From positions 4,101-68,100 of the forward strand of contig CAYMVO010000004.1 in the NCBI GenBank assembly GCA_964393975.1: DNA of 64,000 nucleotides, read 5' to 3'. Below, piece after piece: positions 47,693 to 57,740 of the stretch. The notes below the pieces were generated by a model. It was not told where the DNA came from, did not search any database, and saw only the letters and a list, made by a program, of their open reading frames with translations. This DNA is from an uncultured Lachnospiraceae bacterium. Its GTDB lineage: Bacteria > Bacillota > Clostridia > Christensenellales > UBA1242. The translations under genes and the position numbers were made by a program. Position 1 is the stretch's first letter, and each line of letters starts with the position of its first letter.

Positions 47693-49642
47693 CTATTTTT
47701 TATTTTTTAGTTCGTTTATATAATCTCGTATTTCAATAGCCCTTTCAAAATCTAAATTATCAGTAGCAATCTTCATTAACTCCCTCAAATTATTGATTTC
47801 ATCATCAATTTCTTTTTTGTTCAATTTCTTTTTAGGTGTATCTTTTTTGGTGATAACAAGCGTATTTGAGATACCTTTTATAATAGTCTTAGGTGTGATA
47901 TTATGTTCTTTATTGTACTCATCTTGTATTTTTCTACGCCTTTCGGTCTCGGATATTGCCCGTTTCATACTATCGGTGATATTATCGGCGTACATAATGA
48001 CTCTCCCTTCAGCGTTTCTAGCGGAACGACCAATAGTTTGTATCAGTGCTCCCGTACTCCTTAAAAACCCTTCCTTATCAGCATCCAATATCGCGACTAG
48101 ACTCACCTCCGGCATATCAAGTCCCTCTCTTAAAAGATTTATACCGACAATGACATCGTATTTACCTAGTCTAAATTGTTTGATTATTTCCACACGCTCC
48201 AAAGTATCAATATCGCTATGCATATAGCACGCTTTGATACCGTGTTTAACCAAATAATCGGTCAAGTTTTCCGCCATTTTTTTTGTGAGCGTAGTCACGA
48301 GCACCCTTTGACCTTTCTCCACCACGCCAAAAATCTCGCTCGTCAAATCGTCCACTTGACTTTCGCTAGGTCTTACTGTAATAACGGGATCTAGTAGCCC
48401 TGTCGGTCTAATGATTTGTTCAGTGACTTCGTGGTTTGAATACTCCAGTTCAAACTCTTGCGGAGTAGCTGACACAAAAAGTGTTTGCCCAATTCTCGCT
48501 AAAAACTCATCAAAATTTAGCGGTCTATTATCATAAGCAGACGGCAATCTAAACCCATAATCAACTAGCGAAGTCTTTCTCGCCTTATCCCCCGCATACA
48601 TCGCCCTAATTTGAGGCAACGTAATATGACTCTCATCAATGAGTACAATCGCATCTTTCGGAAAATAGTCTAATAGCGTATACGGTGGATCTCCCGCGCT
48701 CCTCCCGTCAAAATATCTAGAATAATTTTCTATCCCTGAGCAATATCCGACCTCTCTAATCATCTCAATATCGTACTTGGTTCGCTCGGTAATTCTTTGC
48801 GCCTCAATGTATCTCTCATTACTCAAAAAATACTCTTTCATTTTGACCGCGTCTTCCTCTATTTGCTTTAGCGCGGTCTCGGTCTTATCACTATTTATGG
48901 CATAGTGAGTGGCAGGAAAAATCGCCACGTGAGAAAGCGCTGATTTCACCTTACCCGTGAGAGGGTTTATCTCAAAAATAGCCTCCACAGTATCACCAAA
49001 ATACTCTATCCTATACGCAAAATTATCCGCTCCCGCTGGGTAAATGTCTATAGTATCCCCCTTTACCCTAAAGCACCCCCTATCAAAATCAATATCGTTA
49101 CGTTGATATTGTATTTCAACGAGTTTGCGCATAACCTGTTTTAGAGGTTTTTCATCTCCCTCACGCAAAGACAAATGCAGATTGTAGTACTCCTCAGGAG
49201 CACCCAAACCATATATACAACTCACCGACGCCACCACTATGACATCACGCCTTTCAAGTAACGAACTAGTCGCAGAATGTCGGAGTTTGTCTATCTCGTC
49301 ATTTATGCTTAGGTCTTTTGCAATGTAGGTATCCGTACTACTGATATACGCCTCAGGCTGATAATAATCATAATAACTCACAAAAAACTCTACCCTATTA
49401 TTAGGAAAAAACTCCCTCAGCTCATTACATAATTGAGCAGCGAGAGTTTTGTTGTGAGCGATTACGAGTGCAGGTCTATTAAGCTTTTCGATTACATTAG
49501 CCATAGTGAAAGTCTTTCCACTACCGGTAACGCCTAATAAGACTTGCGCTTTGAGACCATCCTCAAACCCTCGCACAAGCTTTTCAATCGCTTGCGGTTG
49601 GTCGCCCGATGGCGTCATACTCGTGATAAGCTCAAAATCCAT
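47693..49642 (-). CDS. uvrB: excinuclease ABC subunit B
   Basis: 649 aa; [14 protein letters not shown], helicase motifs, C-terminal UVR domain [17 protein letters not shown]. Confidence 0.97.
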   Translation of the reverse strand: MDFELITSMTPSGDQPQAIEKLVRGFEDGLKAQVLLGVTGSGKTFTMANVIEKLNRPALVIAHNKTLAAQLCNELREFFPNNRVEFFVSYYDYYQPEAYISSTDTYIAKDLSINDEIDKLRHSATSSLLERRDVIVVASVSCIYGLGAPEEYYNLHLSLREGDEKPLKQVMRKLVEIQYQRNDIDFDRGCFRVKGDTIDIYPAGADNFAYRIEYFGDTVEAIFEINPLTGKVKSALSHVAIFPATHYAINSDKTETALKQIEEDAVKMKEYFLSNERYIEAQRITERTKYDIEMIREVGYCSGIENYSRYFDGRSAGDPPYTLLDYFPKDAIVLIDESHITLPQIRAMYAGDKARKTSLVDYGFRLPSAYDNRPLNFDEFLARIGQTLFVSATPQEFELEYSNHEVTEQIIRPTGLLDPVITVRPSESQVDDLTSEIFGVVEKGQRVLVTTLTKKMAENLTDYLVKHGIKACYMHSDIDTLERVEIIKQFRLGKYDVIVGINLLREGLDMPEVSLVAILDADKEGFLRSTGALIQTIGRSARNAEGRVIMYADNITDSMKRAISETERRRKIQDEYNKEHNITPKTIIKGISNTLVITKKDTPKKKLNKKEIDDEINNLRELMKIATDNLDFERAIEIRDYINELKNKK

Positions 49643-49660
49643 ATTTACTCCTTAAAAAGA

Positions 49661-50218
49661 CTAGTTTTCCTCGTTACCGCCAAACTCAAGTTTGTAGCGA
49701 ATCTTAGCGTCTTGAATCGCCTCACGCGCTGCCTCATCGCCCTCCATTTCCTTGACCTCGGTAACCTTGTTTTCTAGCTCCTTATACACCTTTAAAAAGT
49801 GTACCATTTCAGATGCGACGTGCTTAGGAAGACTATTGATACTCTTATACTCATTGTATAGAGGATCTTTGAAAGGAATAGCGATAATCTTAGCATCACT
49901 CTTGCCATCATCAATCATAGTAACCGTTCCAATAGGATAACATCTCACCATAGTACCAGTGTCTAGACTCTCAGAGCAAAGCACCAACACGTCAAGAGGA
50001 TCACCATCCTCACTCATAGTCCTAGGAATAAAACCATAGTTTGCAGGATAATGTGTACTAGTGTACAAAATCCTATCTAGTATCATATAACCAGTCTCTT
50101 TATCCATTTCGTATTTCTTCTTTGAACCTTTTGGGATCTCAATCACGGCAATAAAATCATCTTTTGTGATACGCTTATCATCAATATTATGCCAAATTGT
50201 ATTCATATTCATACTCAT
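49661..50218 (-). CDS. ppa: inorganic pyrophosphatase (family I)
   Basis: 185 aa; EIPKGSKKKYEMDK, YPANYGFIP, DGDPLDVLV. Confidence 0.9.
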   Translation of the reverse strand: MSMNMNTIWHNIDDKRITKDDFIAVIEIPKGSKKKYEMDKETGYMILDRILYTSTHYPANYGFIPRTMSEDGDPLDVLVLCSESLDTGTMVRCYPIGTVTMIDDGKSDAKIIAIPFKDPLYNEYKSINSLPKHVASEMVHFLKVYKELENKVTEVKEMEGDEAAREAIQDAKIRYKLEFGGNEEN

Positions 50219-50368
50219 ACTTTTTCACCTCATAAAATTATTATAACCATATTTTAGCACAAAATCCAAATTTTTACAACTAAATTAGTAAAAATATATT
50301 GACCTTTTTAACTTATTAGCAAATAAAATGATTTATTTTTTTTAAAACACTCACTTCAGCTACCTCAT

Positions 50369-50653
50369 TCAGTGACTGTCCACTCCCACAATCTTTTTAT
50401 CACTCAATTTATACACGTCTTTATTTAAAGATAATTGATTGACCGAAAACGTTATTTTCTCATTTATATGATTAAAATTATATGTACAAATTTGTTCGCC
50501 TTGCTCATTATATGAAAAATAAGAACGCTATTTTGGATATGTAATTTCATCAAAAAGTTCGTTGTATAAAGACAAAGTAATGTCTTTTTTTGCGATAAAT
50601 TCTTCATTACTTTGTGATTTGTAAATTTTAAATAAATTTTTTATTTTAATCAT
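50369..50653 (-). pseudogene. 94-codon ORF interrupted by a single in-frame TAG
   Basis: Hand translation from ATG 50653: 41 codons (MIKIKNLFKIYKSQSNEEFIAKKD...ITYPK), TAG at 50530..50528, then 52 more in-frame codons to TGA 50371..50369. Confidence 0.4.
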
Positions 50654-50790
50654 TTATTTTTAGCCTTATACTTAAACAAATTTTTACTTTTTAGCTAGCT
50701 TTTCATTTCGTCCATATATCATTTTGACTAATAATAGCAATATATCACATAAAAATTTGTCATTCAATCTTCTCATTTTGTACTTTTAAG

Positions 50791-51000
50791 TCATTTTGAT
50801 ATTTCATTTTCTTTCTTTGGAATATTCCAGTCTATTTCTCCATTCCACCTATTTTGCATTACAGGAATACCTTTCAATATTTATCTTTTCTCTGATGCCT
50901 TTTAAATCCATTTTCTTATAACTCAATGCGTCTATGTAATAAGTCATAAGCTCTTTAATAGATGAAAACTCTTTTTTTTTATAGATACGGAACCTAATTC
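50791..51000 (-). mobile_element. possible relic of a DDE (rve-type) transposase C-terminus
   Basis: Two adjoining minus-strand frames read ...EFSSIKELMTYYIDALSYKKMDLKGIREKINIER and GIPVMQNRWNGE.... This resembles the F..eE....I.yYN..R...LKG.SP.qyR tail of IS3/IS150-type transposases. Degenerate; no intact ORF or terminal repeats seen. Confidence 0.25.
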
Positions 51001-51038
51001 GGATAAATAAATTTTAGGAGCATTTATCACCGCCCTTT

Positions 51039-51887
51039 TTAAATCAAATAGTTAACCAACTTCATAAAACTATGTTGTGATATATTTGATACCTCATTTT
51101 CTTCATTATAGACATTTACCAAGACATAGTCACTCTTTGCGTATGCCTTGAAATATTCTATATCACCATTATTATGTGATAACAATATAGTCTTGTATCT
51201 ATTGCCTGAAAGCATTATCATTTTTAGCGCCTCCTCGACATCATTCACCCGACTTTTAGCCTTTTTGCACTTGAAATTTGTATAAAGAACTACATCTTTC
51301 ATTTGACTCGGCAACTCATTATATAAGGACTTGTCCAAACATATCACATCGGTGACACCATAAGGGATATATTCCTTAAAAGTAATACCTTTAAAGCTAT
51401 TATAAAATGCTCCACTTCCTATGATTAGTACATTATCAAATCTATCCAAACTATTTTCAAAGCGCTCTTTGTCGGTCTCGATGCTGACATTTAGCCCAAA
51501 CTGAGTAGCCACTCTCCCCATAATACCCAATACAAAAGCGCTAGCAGTAACATTTTTATCCGCACTCAAATACACGCACGCGCTTACATCACTCGTCAAA
51601 GCTTTAGCCACCGCATAGACTATCATCAAAAGGTCATTATCTTGCACCGCAATACCGACGCAATCATAAGGTACATACTTTTGTATAAATGTATTGCCAT
51701 TCGTCTTGTCAGTAGGCGCCACGCAATCAGACAAACTATTCTCTGTCCACTCTAGACTCTTTATACACTTTTCAATATCAAAAAAAGTACCGTTTTTTGC
51801 GACATCAATATTATTAGCCTTTGATATCAAATCTTTATCTTCCATAATGGCGTTTTTTATCTCTTCACAAATTTTCATCATATCCAC
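51039..51887 (-). CDS. hypothetical protein, weakly ProA/aldehyde-dehydrogenase-fold-like
   Basis: 282 aa. The layout faintly parallels gamma-glutamyl phosphate reductase (..VNDVEEALKMIMLSGNRYKTILLSHN.. vs the ..AI.HI..yGS.H..I.T pattern), but no catalytic Cys context was recognised. Confidence 0.4.
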   Translation of the reverse strand: MDMMKICEEIKNAIMEDKDLISKANNIDVAKNGTFFDIEKCIKSLEWTENSLSDCVAPTDKTNGNTFIQKYVPYDCVGIAVQDNDLLMIVYAVAKALTSDVSACVYLSADKNVTASAFVLGIMGRVATQFGLNVSIETDKERFENSLDRFDNVLIIGSGAFYNSFKGITFKEYIPYGVTDVICLDKSLYNELPSQMKDVVLYTNFKCKKAKSRVNDVEEALKMIMLSGNRYKTILLSHNNGDIEYFKAYAKSDYVLVNVYNEENEVSNISQHSFMKLVNYLI

Positions 51888-52020
51888 ACCTCAACTATAT
51901 ATATTATTCTAACATATAAATATCATAAAGTAAACTATTTAAAAAAATTTATTTAAGATATAAATATTTTTTAAAATTTGTCACAATATATATTTGAATT
52001 TTAAAAAAAAGGATAATTAT

Positions 52021-53055
52021 ATGAAAAAATTAAGTTTGATTGCAGTATTTATTTTATGTGTAGCACTTTTATTAGATGTCAGCCAAAATGCGACTTGTTT
52101 TGCTAGTGAGGTGCAAAGTAGCACTATCACCGTAAACGGCGTAGGCGAAGTCGATATATCGCCAGATAAAGCGTGCGTGCGTATTGGCGTAGAAACATTC
52201 AATGAAGATCTAAACACCGCAAACGCCGACAATACGCAAAAAACAAATAACATAGTGTCTTATCTACAGCAAAACGGCATCGCAAAAGATGACATCACGA
52301 CAAAAAACTACCACGCCCACAACATAATGACTTTTACCAACGGGCAAAAGTCTTTAGGGTATAAGGTGTGTAATTGTATAGATTTTTATACTTTTGACCT
52401 CACTAAAATATCTACGCTAATTAATGGCGCTATGGATAACGGCGCTACCAGTTTTAACGGTGTCAGTCTAGATTATAGCGACAAACAAACCGCCTTGTAT
52501 GACGCCTTAAGACTCGCTATAGAGAGTGCGACCGAAAAAGCCACAACATTAGCACAAGGTGAGAGCGTGAGTATAAAGGGAATAAAGGAACAATGTTCAT
52601 TTATTAGCGCTAAGAGATGCAATGCGTTATTTGCGCATAAAGGAGTTAGCGACATATACCCTACAGCGAGTATGAAAGTCATTGCGTGTGTCGAGGCGGA
52701 GTTTTATATAAATCAAAATGAAGACACCACCACCGAAAATCAAAACACATCTAGTGAAATCGACCTTACGCAAGATAGTTTAAATAACCAAAACGCAAAC
52801 ACGCAAGGCGCCATAAACACACCTACTAATAGCGACGAAAATATAACTAATAGTAATAAAATCAATCTAACCGCAAATGATATTCGCAAAGACATCTTAG
52901 ACCTTGAAAAAGATTTACGCACAAAAAGCAATGATACAAGCGCACAAAATAGCACATATTCAGATAGACCAACCGACTCTCCAAGTAAAAATCAAAACAC
53001 ACCACCTCTAGATTATACACCAATGCCAAAAAGCAAGCCAATGAAAATTGATTAA
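52021..53055 (+). CDS. SIMPL (DUF541) domain secreted protein with N/T/Q/S-rich tail
   Basis: Start set at MKKLSLIAVFILCVALL (ATG 52021). ITVNGVGEVDISPDKACVRIGVE is typical of SIMPL; the C-terminal ~110 aa are low complexity. Confidence 0.7.
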   Translation: MKKLSLIAVFILCVALLLDVSQNATCFASEVQSSTITVNGVGEVDISPDKACVRIGVETFNEDLNTANADNTQKTNNIVSYLQQNGIAKDDITTKNYHAHNIMTFTNGQKSLGYKVCNCIDFYTFDLTKISTLINGAMDNGATSFNGVSLDYSDKQTALYDALRLAIESATEKATTLAQGESVSIKGIKEQCSFISAKRCNALFAHKGVSDIYPTASMKVIACVEAEFYINQNEDTTTENQNTSSEIDLTQDSLNNQNANTQGAINTPTNSDENITNSNKINLTANDIRKDILDLEKDLRTKSNDTSAQNSTYSDRPTDSPSKNQNTPPLDYTPMPKSKPMKID

Positions 53056-53278
53056 ATCATAAAGCACAGTCTTAAAGTTTTCTAAATTTTATGATATACT
53101 CAAACTAAATGAGTAAAAAATAATATAGGTCGATTTTGATTGGTTTAACATCTTTAGCTAAACTTTCCCGTAAGCCAAAATTGACTAAACATTTATCTAG
53201 TTTACGCACTAAAATTTCGACCTAACAAAAAAACATCACACCATAACGATGAAAAATAAATCACCTCATATCTATCAC

Positions 53279-53308
53279 AAAAAAAGGGTGCGCCATAAAT
53301 AGCACACC
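53279..53308 (-). terminator. intrinsic terminator after rpiB
   Basis: Minus strand GGTGTGC-tatttatg-GCGCACC (1 mismatch) followed by CTTTTTTT. Confidence 0.6.
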
Positions 53309-53314
53309 TCTATC

Positions 53315-53737
53315 TTATAGTTCTCTTAGCTCGTCGACACGCCTTTGATGTCTACCGCCCTCAAAAGACTCTGTCAAAAAGGTCTTCACTATCTCAAGTG
53401 AGTCGCTAGCGATTTGATTACGCCCTCTTAAGACTAGCACATTTGCGTTGTTATGATTGCGAGTGAGCTTTGCACTCATCGCATCATAGCACAGTCCCGC
53501 ACGGATATGCTTAAATCTATTACTAGCAATACTCATCCCTATACCCGTACCGCAAATCAAGATACCTCTATCACCCTCTTTTATCTTTTCGCAAACTTTT
53601 TTTGCGATCAGTGGATAATCAACACTATCAAGGCTATACGTACCCTCATCCTCGTATTCAAGGTCGTTTTCTTTTAAATATTCACACACAGCACACTTTA
53701 GTTCGTACCCTGCGTGGTCAGAGCCTACATATATCAT
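53315..53737 (-). CDS. rpiB: ribose-5-phosphate isomerase B
   Basis: 140 aa; GSDHAGYELK, ILICGTGIGMSIASNR, NNANVLVLRG. Confidence 0.9.
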   Translation of the reverse strand: MIYVGSDHAGYELKCAVCEYLKENDLEYEDEGTYSLDSVDYPLIAKKVCEKIKEGDRGILICGTGIGMSIASNRFKHIRAGLCYDAMSAKLTRNHNNANVLVLRGRNQIASDSLEIVKTFLTESFEGGRHQRRVDELREL

Positions 53738-53761
53738 AGCAAAACCTCCTCACAAAAAAGA

Positions 53762-54292
53762 TTAATCTTTATCATCTTCGTCGTCAAAGTCGTCTTTGTA
53801 CTCATCGTCGCCATAGTCGTCGAAGTCGTCTTTGTACTCATCGTCTTTGTACTCGTTGTCTTCCTCTTCGTCAAAACTGGAATCGTCCATATCAAGTCCT
53901 TCCATTGACTCTCCATCAAGGTCTTTTCCAAAATCTAAAAAGTCGTCATCGTCATAATCAATATGGTCATCCTCAATATCTATAACGCTAGCGTTTTCAC
54001 CGATTTCCTCATTTTCGCTCTCAGTCTCTTCTTCTTCGCTAATATAACGACGCCACTCTCTATCGTCATCGTACTCAAAATCATATCCGCACTCCTCACG
54101 ACAAGACTCACAAATTTGCTCATCTGCGTTTAAAAAGTTTGTATGACAAATAGGACAAAGTTCCATATCCAATTCATTATACATATCACCTCTTGCTTCA
54201 AGCTCACTCTTGCAAACATTGCAAAGTTTATCCTTTTTTTGAATATAATTCAATTCGCATCTAGGGCATCTAATATAAACATTTTTTTTCAT
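53762..54292 (-). CDS. zinc-ribbon protein with extremely acidic repeat tail
   Basis: Start set at MKKNVYIRCPRC (ATG 54292, AAGGAG RBS). CxxC pairs CPRC/CNVC and CPIC/CESC; the C-terminal ~100 aa are D/E/Y-rich. Confidence 0.65.
   Translation of the reverse strand: MKKNVYIRCPRCELNYIQKKDKLCNVCKSELEARGDMYNELDMELCPICHTNFLNADEQICESCREECGYDFEYDDDREWRRYISEEEETESENEEIGENASVIDIEDDHIDYDDDDFLDFGKDLDGESMEGLDMDDSSFDEEEDNEYKDDEYKDDFDDYGDDEYKDDFDDEDDKD
53781..53845. repeat. 36-nt period tandem repeat inside the acidic-tail gene
   Basis: TCGTC(A/G)AAGTCGTCTTTGTACTCATCGTC at 53781-53809 and 53817-53845, encoding DDEYKDDFDD twice. Confidence 0.85.
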
Positions 54293-54528
54293 TGTTATCT
54301 CCTTCAACAACAGTGTTTAAGTAAATCTAAAAGATAAAAACTTATTCTCAAAACTTACTTATGCTATTATATAGATATAGTTGTCAAATGTCTACTGTTT
54401 TTTAAAAAAATTTTTAATATTTTTTATAAAATTTATTTTTTGATACATTAGTATTTATTACTTAGAGTTATTTTTATTGTGATTTTGATTAAAAATACGA
54501 CTATCTCACGCCTAGCCACTAAGCACAC

Positions 54529-54564
54529 AAAAAAACTTTTTAGCCTTTACTAGACCAAAAAGTT
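54529..54564 (-). terminator. intrinsic terminator after rplL
   Basis: Minus strand AACTTTTTGG-11 nt-CTAAAAAGTT (1 mismatch) followed by a T-run. Confidence 0.65.
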
Positions 54565-54581
54565 TTAAATAGGTTTTCTAC

Positions 54582-54953
54582 TTATGCCAATTCAACAGTA
54601 GCGCCTGCTTCCTTAAGCTTAGCCTCAATAGCCTTAGCCTCGTCAGCTGGAAGACCTTCTTTGACAGTCTTAGGAGCGCCCTCAACCAAAGCTTTAGCCT
54701 CACCAAGACTAAGTCCTGTGATATCTCTAACAGCCTTGATAACGTCAATCTTCTTGTCGCCAACTGCCTTCAATACTACGTTAAAGCTTGATTTTTCCTC
54801 AGTAGCCTCAGTAGCACCAGCAACTGGACCAGCTACCATAACTGGAGCAGCGGCACTAACACCAAACTCCTCTTCTAACATTTTTACTAACTCACTAACT
54901 TCCACTACAGAAAGTTCCTTGATTTCATCAACAATTTTGTTCAAATCTGCCAT
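54582..54953 (-). CDS. rplL: 50S ribosomal protein L7/L12
   Basis: 123 aa; Ala-rich hinge; [28 protein letters not shown]. Confidence 0.97.
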   Translation of the reverse strand: MADLNKIVDEIKELSVVEVSELVKMLEEEFGVSAAAPVMVAGPVAGATEATEEKSSFNVVLKAVGDKKIDVIKAVRDITGLSLGEAKALVEGAPKTVKEGLPADEAKAIEAKLKEAGATVELA

Positions 54954-54984
54954 TTTTGATTTCTCCTTTAAAATTTAATTTGTT

Positions 54985-55482
54985 TTAATTATTTTCTTGT
55001 TTTTTCTCTGCGATTGCATTAAGAGCAACAGCAAGTCCACGAGCTGGACCATTAAGTACGCTAAGCAATTGACCGATAAGTGCAGGTTTGGTAGGTAATT
55101 TAGCCAACCTAGTCACATAATCTTTCTCAATTCTAGCGTTGTTTAAGATACCGCACTTAAGAGTCAAAGCCTTTTTCTTAGACTCGTACTCATAAGCTAT
55201 TCTAGCGGCGTTTGTCTCTTCCTCGTAATCAAATGCTACTGAGGTAGTGCCTTGCAATACATCATCAAAGCCTTCGATACCCAATTCATTCAACGCACGA
55301 AGCAATAAACGGTTTTTGTAAACACGATACTCTACATTGCTATCACGAAACTCGCAACGAAGTGCGGTGTCGTTTGCAACATTGATACCTTGATAATTGA
55401 TAAAAACTACAGACTTTGCTCTACCGATTTTATCTTTTATCTCGTTTACAATTTCTTCTTTTTGTTCACGAATAACGCTCAT
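54985..55482 (-). CDS. rplJ: 50S ribosomal protein L10
   Basis: 165 aa; directly upstream of rplL; typical L10 length and KSVVFINYQGINVANDTALR region. Confidence 0.9.
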   Translation of the reverse strand: MSVIREQKEEIVNEIKDKIGRAKSVVFINYQGINVANDTALRCEFRDSNVEYRVYKNRLLLRALNELGIEGFDDVLQGTTSVAFDYEEETNAARIAYEYESKKKALTLKCGILNNARIEKDYVTRLAKLPTKPALIGQLLSVLNGPARGLAVALNAIAEKKQENN

Positions 55483-55642
55483 TTAGAAAACCTCCTATTT
55501 AGTTGCAACAAAAAAACTCTTGCATTGCGTGAGTGGTCGCAAGAGTCTTTTACAATCTCCTAATAGCGAACCTCGGTAAGCGCAATTTAAGGTCAAAGGT
55601 GACCGCTTACTGTCTTAAGCCCTACAATGTTTTTAAAATTAC
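55483..55642 (-). ncRNA. L10 (rplJ) leader with internal intrinsic terminator (attenuator)
   Basis: About 160-nt 5' UTR between the consensus promoter and rplJ. Minus-strand hairpin ACTCTTGC-15 nt-GCAAGAGT plus T7 (plus coordinates 55510-55546), consistent with Firmicute L10-leader autoregulation. Confidence 0.55.
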
Positions 55643-55648
55643 AAGGGT

Positions 55649-55677
55649 ATTATACACAAAATAAACGCATTTGTCAA
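55649..55677 (-). promoter_or_regulatory. perfect-consensus sigma-A promoter for rplJ-rplL
   Basis: Minus strand TTGACA-17 nt-TATAAT. Confidence 0.65.
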
Positions 55678-55721
55678 TGATTTTTATAATATTTTATAGA
55701 TTTTTTAAAAATTTTTTATAA

Positions 55722-56144
55722 TCACTCAATAATAATATTGACCGGTCCGTCCACCCCACATTCTATCAGCATATCCGCACCAAATACGCCAGACACCACC
55801 GGCACCCTTTCGCTACATTTATCCACCAAATCATAAAATTGCCCTTCCGCTTCCTTATACGCCAACGCACCATCAAAGCTCGGTCTAAAACCTTTTTGCA
55901 CGTTACCACAAAGCGTAAAGTTTGACACGAGCATTAGAGTACCGCCCACGTCCAAGATAGACAAATTCATTTTTTCATCTTCCTCAAACACTCTAAGCCC
56001 GCATAATTTATTTGCTAGCCACTCGTTCCTATCTGTATCACCACTACCATATCCTACATACGCAATTAGTCCTACACCCATTGACTGAGACTCGCCGTTT
56101 ATGGTTATTTTGGCACTTTTCACTCTTTGCACTAATACTCGCAT
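55722..56144 (-). CDS. dtd: D-aminoacyl-tRNA deacylase
   Basis: Start set at MRVLVQRVKSA (ATG 56144). VSNFTL, GVFGADM, DGPVNIIIE. Confidence 0.9.
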   Translation of the reverse strand: MRVLVQRVKSAKITINGESQSMGVGLIAYVGYGSGDTDRNEWLANKLCGLRVFEEDEKMNLSILDVGGTLMLVSNFTLCGNVQKGFRPSFDGALAYKEAEGQFYDLVDKCSERVPVVSGVFGADMLIECGVDGPVNIIIE

Positions 56145-56257
56145 AAATATCTCCTTATATTTAATCATAACATATATTAAAAAATTACGCAAATATTTTT
56201 AAAAAATTAGTTGCATTTAAAATAATAATATTTTAATATATACACATAGGAGGATTT

Positions 56258-57532
56258 ATGAACATTTTACAAATTATTGACAAAAAGAGAAATGGACTTT
56301 CCTTGAGCGAAGAGGAAATCAATTATTTTATAAAAGGATACGTCGATGAAGATATACAAGACTATCAAGCAAGCGCACTCCTTATGGCGATTTGCATAAA
56401 TGGTATGAATGATGAGGAATCGGTCTATCTCACAAACGCTATGATTGAGTCGGGTGATACGCTTGATTTGTCTAGCATTAGCGGTATAAAAGTAGACAAA
56501 CATTCCACAGGTGGTGTGAGTGATACGACATCTATTTGCTTGGTACCACTACTTGCGTGCAAAGGGCTAAAAGTCGCTAAAATGAGCGGTCGTGGTCTAG
56601 GTCATACGGGCGGGACACTAGACAAACTATCTGTCTTTGACGGCATCAAACTAGATAGACAAGCGGACGAGATTTGTAAAATCGTGGAGCGTGTCGGTGG
56701 CGTGATTGTGTCGCAAACGGGAAATCTCGCACCAGCTGATAAAAAGCTTTACGCCCTTAGAGACGCTACATCTACAGTACAAAGCATTCCTCTTGTGGCG
56801 AGTTCGGTTATGAGTAAAAAGATAGCGTCAGGTAATGATATTATCGTGCTAGATATAAAGGTCGGCGAAGGCGCTTTTATGAAAAATAACGAGGAAGCAA
56901 GACACTTGGCAAGACTATGTATTGAGATAGGTAGAGCGCACAATAAAAAGACTAGCGCCGTTATCAGTGATATGAACGCACCTCTAGGAAATACTGTCGG
57001 TTGCGCCCTTGAGACTATGGAGTCAATAGGTGTGCTTAGAGGCGAAAAAGGTAGACTGACCGATTTGGTTTTCGTGCTTTATAGAGAAATATTAAAGCAC
57101 GCTGGTATGACGACTAGTAGAGAGGAATTTGACGAGTTGATTGCTAGCGGTGCGCCGTTAGACAAATTGAAAGAAATCATATCCGCTTTAGGTGGTAGCG
57201 TTGAGTTTTTTGATAAGACGCTCACCCCAAATGCGACCTTCAAGGCACAAAAAGAAGGTTACATCACCGCTATCACACCTACAAAACTAGGTTTGCTGGT
57301 AAATGATTTAGGTGGCGGTAGAAAAAATAAGACCGATAGTATAAATACAAATGTCGGTATCAAGCTTTTAGTACACATCGGTGATTATGTCACAAAAGAT
57401 ACGGTGATAGCTGAGGGTTACGATATAAAAGACTCGCAACTAGACTTTGTCCAAACCGAACTAAATAATCTTATCAAAATAGACTCGCAAAACACCACCA
57501 CTCCGCCTCTTGTCGTGGAAATAATAGACTAA
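56258..57532 (+). CDS. pdp: pyrimidine-nucleoside phosphorylase
   Basis: 424 aa; DKHSTGGVSDTTS, MSGRGLGHTGGTLDKL, LDIKVGEGAFM. Confidence 0.9.
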   Translation: MNILQIIDKKRNGLSLSEEEINYFIKGYVDEDIQDYQASALLMAICINGMNDEESVYLTNAMIESGDTLDLSSISGIKVDKHSTGGVSDTTSICLVPLLACKGLKVAKMSGRGLGHTGGTLDKLSVFDGIKLDRQADEICKIVERVGGVIVSQTGNLAPADKKLYALRDATSTVQSIPLVASSVMSKKIASGNDIIVLDIKVGEGAFMKNNEEARHLARLCIEIGRAHNKKTSAVISDMNAPLGNTVGCALETMESIGVLRGEKGRLTDLVFVLYREILKHAGMTTSREEFDELIASGAPLDKLKEIISALGGSVEFFDKTLTPNATFKAQKEGYITAITPTKLGLLVNDLGGGRKNKTDSINTNVGIKLLVHIGDYVTKDTVIAEGYDIKDSQLDFVQTELNNLIKIDSQNTTTPPLVVEIID

Positions 57533-57669
57533 GACCTAAAACAAACTATCAAAGTATACTAGTTGCTCTATTTTACGTTAAAGTCAAATGTTTTAAAACA
57601 ATCATTTTTGGTCTAAAATACTTCAGCAATGGAGTATTTTTTGCTAGTTTCAAAAGTGCTAATTTGATG

Positions 57670-57697
57670 TTGACTTTTTTATATTTTATTGTATAAT
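57670..57697 (+). promoter_or_regulatory. sigma-A-type promoter for the 264-aa hypothetical gene
   Basis: TTGACT-16 nt-TATAAT. Confidence 0.55.
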
Positions 57698-57740
57698 AAA
57701 ATTGTATCAATGATAAAGATTATTATTTAGAGAGGATATT

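Noticed and set aside
53714-53931. 64-aa and 65-aa ORFs overlapping the acidic-tail gene
   Set aside because: These are alternative-frame and antisense translations of the GTCGTC/GAAGAC-rich tandem repeat. The zinc-ribbon frame has the RBS and a coherent N-terminal domain.
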